From IMG/VR virus record IMGVR_UViG_3300017739_000002: 64,000 nucleotides of DNA; one strand, 5' to 3'. This document shows positions 57,556 through 64,000 of the stretch, piece after piece (position 1 is the first letter of the stretch; the number at the start of each line of letters is the position of its first letter). Position numbers and translations under genes: made by a program. The notes beneath the pieces were generated by a model, which saw only the letters and a program-made list of their open reading frames with translations, did not search any database and was not told the DNA's origin. Origin of the DNA: an uncultured virus (IMG/VR IMGVR_UViG_3300017739_000002) (taxonomy: Duplodnaviria; Heunggongvirae; Uroviricota; Caudoviricetes).

Positions 57556-58174
57556 ATTAGATAGTATAGAAGCTGTAAAAGAACATTTTGATTGGGCTCC
57601 TTACAGCAAAGAGCGTTGGGCTACACATAACTTATCAAGCCTAAACTTAATTCCATTTGTAAATGAAAGAAATCCAAAACTAGTAATTGATATTGGTTGT
57701 GGTAAAAATAATTTTAAAGGACTAATTCCTAATCTAATTGGATTAGATGTTTCAGATTATCCTGAAGCAGATTTTAATATGTCACTTGAAGAAGTTTATA
57801 ATAGGAATATTTTCCAACATGAATGTGCTGATGTTGTTATGGCATTGGGCAGTCTAAATTTTGGAACGTTTGATAATATCATTAGTCAGTTCGGAATGGC
57901 AATTGACTGGGTAAAGCCTGGCGGTATTTTTATTGTAAGAGTAAGATTACATTTAGATAAAGAAGAAGCATTATATGCACGAGGCCACCAACAACATAAT
58001 TGGAATTGGAAAAACGTAGACGAGATGCATGAGGCTTACAAAGATAAAGTAGAATATTTGATTGAACCAGCAACAGAAAAAGCGGCTGGTGGATTACCTG
58101 AAGAGAAACATGGAGAGCCAGACTTTGGTAGACCTCCAGTAGATTTAGCAGTATGGACCTGGATTAAAAAATGA
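57548..58174 (+). CDS. Class I SAM-dependent methyltransferase
   Basis: VIDIGCG motif I, GLD, DVVMALGSLNF, VKPGG. Confidence 0.85.
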   Translation: MPKLDSIEAVKEHFDWAPYSKERWATHNLSSLNLIPFVNERNPKLVIDIGCGKNNFKGLIPNLIGLDVSDYPEADFNMSLEEVYNRNIFQHECADVVMALGSLNFGTFDNIISQFGMAIDWVKPGGIFIVRVRLHLDKEEALYARGHQQHNWNWKNVDEMHEAYKDKVEYLIEPATEKAAGGLPEEKHGEPDFGRPPVDLAVWTWIKK

Positions 58175-58719
58175 GCAAACCAGTATTGTTACTAAATGCT
58201 GATGCACAACCTGTAAGCCTATGTCCGCTTAGTACAATTAGCTGGCAACTTGCAATCAAAGTCTATTTTTTAGACAAAGTAAGAATACTTGAGAGCTATG
58301 ATGAGTTAGTGCGTAGTGCAAACTTCAGTATGCAAAAACCCAGTATTGTTATGCTAAAGCGTTATCACAAACTGCCTGTATCAGCAAAGTTTTCACGTAG
58401 AAATATGTTTATACGTGATAAGTTCACCTGTCAATATTGTTTAGAAGAGTTTCCACAGCAGGAACTCACCGTGGATCATGTTCTCCCCCGGTACTTGGGC
58501 GGGGTAAGTAGTTGGGAAAACTGCACTACTGCCTGTAAGACCTGCAACTGGAACAAAGGCAACAAGTTGGAACGCCCTAAAGTAAAGCCTATAAAGCCAA
58601 CATATCACGAATTAAACCATAAATTTAAAAATATCCCCATACATATATCAGATCTATCCTGGAAAACTTATATTAGTTGGCCAGATGAATTAATTATTGT
58701 CAAAAACAAAGCCGCCTAA
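58171..58719 (+). CDS. HNH endonuclease (McrA-like)
   Basis: VLLLNAD..P, RDKFTCQYC, LTVDHVLPR..GG..SWEN..TACKTCN..KG. Confidence 0.93.
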   Translation: MSKPVLLLNADAQPVSLCPLSTISWQLAIKVYFLDKVRILESYDELVRSANFSMQKPSIVMLKRYHKLPVSAKFSRRNMFIRDKFTCQYCLEEFPQQELTVDHVLPRYLGGVSSWENCTTACKTCNWNKGNKLERPKVKPIKPTYHELNHKFKNIPIHISDLSWKTYISWPDELIIVKNKAA

Positions 58720-58735
58720 ATAGGGCGGTTTTTTT
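58708..58735 (+). terminator. Intrinsic terminator
   Basis: GCCGCC...GGCGGT followed by a T-tract, then late promoter TATAAATA 58737..58744. Confidence 0.85.
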
Positions 58736-58749
58736 GTATAAATATTAGT

Positions 58750-59124
58750 ATGGAAAAAATTTACGGATATAGCACGATTGACCAGTCCATGACGCCTAAA
58801 CAACTCACAGGAGTTGCATTAGCAAAGCGTGACCTTGAGAATCACTTCCAGATTCGCAAAGGAGAGAAGTGGACAAATCCAAACTTTGGTAGTATGCTAC
58901 CATTTTATGTCATGGAACCCCTTGATAATATCACAGTTGACTTAGTCAAGCAGGATGTTCTTGATGTAATCAGTTATGATCCACGTTTCAGTATTGAGAA
59001 GAATACAATTTTAGTTGACTTTGACGAATCAAAGATTGAGGTAAATGCGACACTAAACTACATACCCACTTCAACACCAGTAGTACTGGAACTTAAATTT
59101 GATAGAGAATTTGAGGAACTATAA
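58750..59124 (+). CDS. gp25: Baseplate wedge subunit
   Basis: DL.NHF.IRKGEK..NPNFGS....VMEPL...DPR. Confidence 0.92.
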   Translation: MEKIYGYSTIDQSMTPKQLTGVALAKRDLENHFQIRKGEKWTNPNFGSMLPFYVMEPLDNITVDLVKQDVLDVISYDPRFSIEKNTILVDFDESKIEVNATLNYIPTSTPVVLELKFDREFEEL

Positions 59125-62100
59125 TGGCACAGGCACAACGACAAACCAAACTGTTTGCGGCTGAAGATTATACAGCGGTATATGAATCATACATAAATGC
59201 AAACTTACAGGCATATGATTTTGATACGATACGTGATAGCATGGTATCATACATCAGAGAAAACTATCCAGAAAGTTACAATGACTGGGTAGAGTCAGCA
59301 GAATTTGTAAGCCTATTAGACGTTGTCGCACGTTTTGGTCATGCCCTTGCCTTCCGAATTGATATTAATGCTCGTAATAACTTTATCAGCACAGCAGAAA
59401 GAACAGACTCTGTTTATAAACTTGCAAACTTCTTAGGCTATACACCAAGAAGAAATACAACAGCAAGTGGTTTTGTAAAAGTTGTTTCAGTCAAAACAAA
59501 TGAAGATATAATTGGAAATAACGGTACAACTTTATCTGGGCAAGAGTTTAACTTTGAAAATAGTACATCAGCAGATAATTTAGATAACTTTATTAATATT
59601 ATGAATGCTGTATTTGCAAGCACAAATCCATTTGGCTCACCACGCAAACAGGTTACAGTTGATAATGTTGTAAACCAGTTTTACAACTTCAACAATACAG
59701 AAAACCAAGTTGCTTTTAATTTTACTGGTATAGCACAAGGCACACAAACTACATTTAATGCATATAGTTCAGATTACAATACAGACACATTACGCTATGA
59801 AGAAAAGTCTCCTGATCCACAAAGTGCTTTTAGTATCCTATATAAAAATGATGGGCAGGGTGTATTAAGTAATAATACAGGTTTCTTCTTTGGCTTAAAA
59901 GAAGGCAACTTAGACTTTCAAGACTTTAATGTACAAGATGCAGTTAGTGGTATCACACTTGATGTAGACGCAGAGAATATAAACCAAACAGACGTTTGGG
60001 TACAAACCATTAATCAAGATGGAACAGTAATTAAAAACTGGACTAAGGTTAATGAAGTATTTGGAACAAATGTTATATTCAATAATCTTTCAAATGGAAT
60101 AAGAGATATCTTTAGTGTAAAGTCATTAGTAGACAATAGAATAAGCATACAGTTTGCAGACAGTTCATTTGGCAACTTACCTAACGGAATTATAAGAGTA
60201 TGGTTTAGATCAAGCCTTGACGAAACATATACGTTACGTCCCGATGACATTGGCCTAAAGCGTATTAACATGACATACAAAGGTGCTGACAACAATACAT
60301 ATACAGCAACATTTGTTGTTCAACTTAAGAGTACAGTGAACAGTGCAAGTAGTGCAGAGAGTATAGATGACATAAGAGTCTCAGCACCACAAAGTTATGC
60401 AAGCCAGAATAGAATGATTACAGCAAGTGACTATAACGGTTTTCTCGGTAGCACTAGTGATAACATGAAAAAAATTAAGGCTGTGAATAGAACGCACAGT
60501 GGCTTTAGTAGATATGTGGACTTAAAAGACCCAACAGGTGCATATAGTAATTTAAGATTATTTGGAACTGATGGAAAGTTATATAGTTGCAATAAAAGAA
60601 AGACAACCATTGCAAGTGATATATCTGCGGCACAAGTTTTTGATTCTTATATCAAAAGGTTTGTAAGTGATGATGAGCTCATTAATTTATATTACAATAA
60701 ATTTGCAACTACATTTGTAGATCTAAAATCCACATACAGTTTAAATTCATTTAGCTGGGCACAAAGTACACAGTATCCACTTACAGGATATTTTCTAAAT
60801 GGTACAACAATTCATGGTGTTGGTGAAAATCAATCTTCATATTTGCAACTAATTAGAACTGGTGCTATGCTAAAGTTTACATATGGTGGCACAGAGTATT
60901 GGGCACAAGTAAAAAGAATTTATAATAATGGATTAGGTGTTGATAATACAAGTGGTGATCCTACAGGTATTACACCTGATGATCAGGGTGCAATTAGCCT
61001 TGATGTAGCAATACCTTCAAACGCAACACTGGAAACAATTTACCCAGCAATAAGCAGACAGTTTACAAAAACAGAACGCAATACTGTAATTGATTATATA
61101 AAAGCAAAACAAACTTTTGCATTAAAGTATGACTACATTAATAATGCGTGGGAAATAGTAGAGCGTAGTCCACTACCAACAGGTAGCAATATAACATTTC
61201 CAACAGAGTTTAGTACAAATCTTAATGTAACTGCAGGACAATATATTACTGGACTTGAATATAAAATACAAAGTCTAGGTAATACAGACTTTACATTAAT
61301 TGGTGCTGGTGCAAATACTGTAGGCACAAACTTCATAGCAACTGGTCCAGGTACTGGTACTGGTGTTGCAAGTAGCACAAAAGATAATAACTGGCTTATA
61401 CATATAAGTTATGAATCAAGTAACAATGTTGATAAGTGGTCAATCGTACAGCGAGTATTAAGATACGAACTTACAACTGATCAAATGGAATTTAGTAATA
61501 TTACAAATGAATTCTTTATGGACGGCGAATCACGCAAGAAGAAAAGAGATAAAGTATTAGTTACTGACACATCAACAGCAGGATTTCCAAGTACAACATT
61601 TTACATTTGGGGATATGATTTTAAAACTGATGGTGATAAGTCAGGTGTATATGATCCTACAAAAGTTATCCTTGCAAGTGTTGATGCAGATGATAATGAT
61701 AGACCAGATAATCCTGAAGCGTTTTCAGATGTAGTTGGCACAAATGAAATAGACATTGATATTGATAATGATGGTGACTTGGATACTGTGTTTGGTAAAG
61801 AAAATTTAAGATATGAATGGACACATGTTCCTGATCATAATGAACTTATTGATCCATCATTTACAAACTTAATTGATGTGTTTACATTATCAACAACATA
61901 TGATACAAAGTTTAGAGCTTACCTCAAAGATACAACAGGCCAAGCTGGTATGCCAGTAGCAGATACAGTTACAAGTTTACGTAGTGCCTTTGATGATCAA
62001 ACAGAGCGTAAAGCAATGAGTGATAGTATTGTATACAGGCCTGCAAACTATAAAGTTATATTTGGTCCTAAATCGGATACAGAGTTTAGAGCTAAGTTTA

Positions 62101-62432
62101 GAATTATTAAAATGGCAGGCGTAAAGTTTACAGATAATGAAATCAAAAACCAAGTTGTAAATGTAATTGAAGAATATTTTAATCCTGCTAATTGGGAGTT
62201 CGGTGAAAGTTTTTACTTCACAGAACTTGCGGCTTATGTACATAAAGAACTTGCAGGTGTAATTAGTAGTTTTGTAATTGTTCCATTAGGCACAAATGCA
62301 GTATTTGGTGATCTATTCCAGATTACTCCATTCAAAGATCAGCTACTTATTCCTGACATAAGTATTACTGACATTGATATTATTTCAGGCCTGACACAGG
62401 CAAATATTAACTTAGCACAGGGCTCTTATTAA
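59124..62432 (+). CDS. gp6: Baseplate wedge subunit
   Basis: DFDTIRDSM..Y....YPE.YND..ESAE, F..TA....SV..LA..LGYTP, FAD..FG.LP, ESIDDIR..AP..YASQNRMITASDY. Confidence 0.92.
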   Translation: MAQAQRQTKLFAAEDYTAVYESYINANLQAYDFDTIRDSMVSYIRENYPESYNDWVESAEFVSLLDVVARFGHALAFRIDINARNNFISTAERTDSVYKLANFLGYTPRRNTTASGFVKVVSVKTNEDIIGNNGTTLSGQEFNFENSTSADNLDNFINIMNAVFASTNPFGSPRKQVTVDNVVNQFYNFNNTENQVAFNFTGIAQGTQTTFNAYSSDYNTDTLRYEEKSPDPQSAFSILYKNDGQGVLSNNTGFFFGLKEGNLDFQDFNVQDAVSGITLDVDAENINQTDVWVQTINQDGTVIKNWTKVNEVFGTNVIFNNLSNGIRDIFSVKSLVDNRISIQFADSSFGNLPNGIIRVWFRSSLDETYTLRPDDIGLKRINMTYKGADNNTYTATFVVQLKSTVNSASSAESIDDIRVSAPQSYASQNRMITASDYNGFLGSTSDNMKKIKAVNRTHSGFSRYVDLKDPTGAYSNLRLFGTDGKLYSCNKRKTTIASDISAAQVFDSYIKRFVSDDELINLYYNKFATTFVDLKSTYSLNSFSWAQSTQYPLTGYFLNGTTIHGVGENQSSYLQLIRTGAMLKFTYGGTEYWAQVKRIYNNGLGVDNTSGDPTGITPDDQGAISLDVAIPSNATLETIYPAISRQFTKTERNTVIDYIKAKQTFALKYDYINNAWEIVERSPLPTGSNITFPTEFSTNLNVTAGQYITGLEYKIQSLGNTDFTLIGAGANTVGTNFIATGPGTGTGVASSTKDNNWLIHISYESSNNVDKWSIVQRVLRYELTTDQMEFSNITNEFFMDGESRKKKRDKVLVTDTSTAGFPSTTFYIWGYDFKTDGDKSGVYDPTKVILASVDADDNDRPDNPEAFSDVVGTNEIDIDIDNDGDLDTVFGKENLRYEWTHVPDHNELIDPSFTNLIDVFTLSTTYDTKFRAYLKDTTGQAGMPVADTVTSLRSAFDDQTERKAMSDSIVYRPANYKVIFGPKSDTEFRAKFRIIKMAGVKFTDNEIKNQVVNVIEEYFNPANWEFGESFYFTELAAYVHKELAGVISSFVIVPLGTNAVFGDLFQITPFKDQLLIPDISITDIDIISGLTQANINLAQGSY

Positions 62433-64000
62433 TGGCCGATTATAAAGATTACAAGAGCTCTAAAACCAAAAAGAGCAAGAACAAAAGAAAGATTGGTAAC
62501 TACCCTACAGTAAATGTAAAGAGTAGTGATTACCTCCCATTCGCCTTTCAAACTAGAATTAATAAGCAGTGGCTTGATAGTACATTTGATCAACTAGTAT
62601 CTAAAGGTATGCTAGAAGATATTGATGCTTATGTTGGTGATAAGTCAGGCAAGTCTAGAACTGAAACAGAACAAACAAAATACTTAGATACAAAAAATAA
62701 TAATGTACAACTTTCTCCTACAATCGTTAGTGATACACGTATTACATTTGACGATGTGGCCCAGGCAGTTGAACAATACTTCGATGACTATAATTATAAT
62801 TCGGCATACACTACCCAGGGTTATGTATATCAGCCGCCAATTGATGTAGATAAGTTTTTTAACTTTACAAGTTACTATTGGGTTCCAAACTTACCTGTAT
62901 ATGAAAGTGATAATACAAATGGCACAGCAACATATGCAGTAGATCCTATTACAGATATTAACGGAAAAGTAACACATACATTTGTAGATGATAATAACAG
63001 TTTTGATTTAGAAGACGGAATGCGTATTAAGTTAGAACTGGGTTATGGTTCTTTAAGCAACAACATTTATCTTGTAACAGGTGTTGGCAAGGAAATTAAC
63101 TTACGTCTTTACAATGAGCAACGTACAGTTTTTGGTACTACTAATAAACGCCCATACCCTATTTGGACAGATGAAAATACTTACACAAATCATACAAAAG
63201 GATATTGGGATAGTATAGATGTATTGGATATTACCTACAAAAAAGGCAATATAGCAGACGCACGTGGTAACTCACCTATTACAATAATGCAAGCATACAA
63301 TGCAGATTTAGCAGATCCAAATACTAATACTGCACCTGCATTATGGTTTTACTCTGGTAATGACAGAAAGATTTACCTAGCGAATGGTATGGTAGTAAGG
63401 TTTGGCACGGGTTGGCCCGGATTAACAACAGAAGAACAACATTCAATATACTGGGTAGAAGTTGATACAAGTGGCAATGTAATATTCAAAGATATTATTA
63501 GGGCATCAGTTTCAGGAACTGAAATTACACAGGAAGTAGTAACAACAAATAGAACACCAGATAAAATAGCAAAAGCTCAATCCTACTTAGAACATACATG
63601 GGATAGTAATACAAATTGGGATACATGGTATACACCAACAGCATTAAAAGATTATATTGTTATTAACAGAGATGATCCTATTGCTACAGCATGGAGTAGA
63701 TCCAATCACTGGATTCACAGAGATACAATTTTTAAATTGGCAGACATGAATCCATTTATGGATGCAGAAAATTTCACTACTCTTGATAATCAAGCAAAGC
63801 GTCCTATCATTGAATTTGAAGGTGGTATACATCTTATCAAACATAGTAATGATAGCACAGTACAGAAATTTCAAGGACCTATAGACTTTATATTAAGAGA
63901 TGCAAGTCTAGCAAGTCAACTACAAAATGGCACAACCTACATAGTAGAAAATGTTGCAACATCATACACACGTGATGCCACACAAAGTACAGATCCAGTT
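62432..64000 (+). CDS. Large baseplate/virion protein, N-terminal part (runs off window; gp7-like position)
   Basis: Absent from ORF track. TAATG-coupled to gp6; hand translation MADYKDYKSSK...YLPFAFQTRINKQWLDSTFDQLVS...PPIDVDKFFNFTSYYW appears open to the window end. Confidence 0.75.
   Translation, partial: MADYKDYKSSKTKKSKNKRKIGNYPTVNVKSSDYLPFAFQTRINKQWLDSTFDQLVSKGMLEDIDAYVGDKSGKSRTETEQTKYLDTKNNNVQLSPTIVSDTRITFDDVAQAVEQYFDDYNYNSAYTTQGYVYQPPIDVDKFFNFTSYYWVPNLPVYESDNTNGTATYAVDPITDINGKVTHTFVDDNNSFDLEDGMRIKLELGYGSLSNNIYLVTGVGKEINLRLYNEQRTVFGTTNKRPYPIWTDENTYTNHTKGYWDSIDVLDITYKKGNIADARGNSPITIMQAYNADLADPNTNTAPALWFYSGNDRKIYLANGMVVRFGTGWPGLTTEEQHSIYWVEVDTSGNVIFKDIIRASVSGTEITQEVVTTNRTPDKIAKAQSYLEHTWDSNTNWDTWYTPTALKDYIVINRDDPIATAWSRSNHWIHRDTIFKLADMNPFMDAENFTTLDNQAKRPIIEFEGGIHLIKHSNDSTVQKFQGPIDFILRDASLASQLQNGTTYIVENVATSYTRDATQSTDPV

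Noticed and set aside
58171..58735. HNH gene as an RNA-associated (HEARO/IscB-like) or intron-encoded nuclease
   Set aside because: Overlaps the upstream gene and is followed at once by a terminator and late promoter; no room for an RNA, no RuvC motifs, no interrupted host gene.
1..64000. Stop-codon reassignment, inteins or introns in core genes, tRNA genes
   Set aside because: Core genes are full length in the standard code and TAA, TAG and TGA all end genes; gp20, gp23, gp46 and gp47 show no intein-sized insertions; no tRNA cloverleaf was seen in the short intergenic gaps.

Overview
AT-rich segment of a large T4-related (T4-superfamily-like) myophage genome, read in the standard genetic code, holding most of the virion morphogenesis region. 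Head genes: large terminase (partial), gp4, portal gp20, scaffold and protease gp22/gp21, major capsid gp23. Tail genes: sheath gp18, two tube paralogs, neck gp13/14/15, about 15 kb of modular fiber/decoration genes, two tandem tape-measure-like paralogs, and baseplate genes (gp26, tube initiator, gp53, hub, gp5, gp25, gp6, a partial giant wedge protein). An early block encodes the late sigma factor gp55, gp47/gp46 and a short GIY-YIG nuclease. Modifying enzymes are scattered among the structural genes: QueC-like, 2OG-Fe(II) oxygenase, split radical SAM + SPASM, two glycosyltransferases, methyltransferase, HxGH nucleotidyltransferase, Nudix. T4-type late promoters (nnTAAATA) and near-consensus sigma70 promoters are easy to see. 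Best leads: (1) a ~330-nt heavily base-paired non-coding element starting right after the GIY-YIG stop codon, a candidate nuclease-associated ncRNA; (2) a -1 slippery site plus hairpin that would fuse gp26 to the next ORF, like the G/GT tail chaperone frameshift; (3) leaderless mRNAs predicted from exact promoter-to-ATG spacing; (4) T4-style capsid-targeting leaders, one on an enzyme; (5) duplicated tape-measure-like genes. All calls come from motif recognition by eye; no database searches were run.
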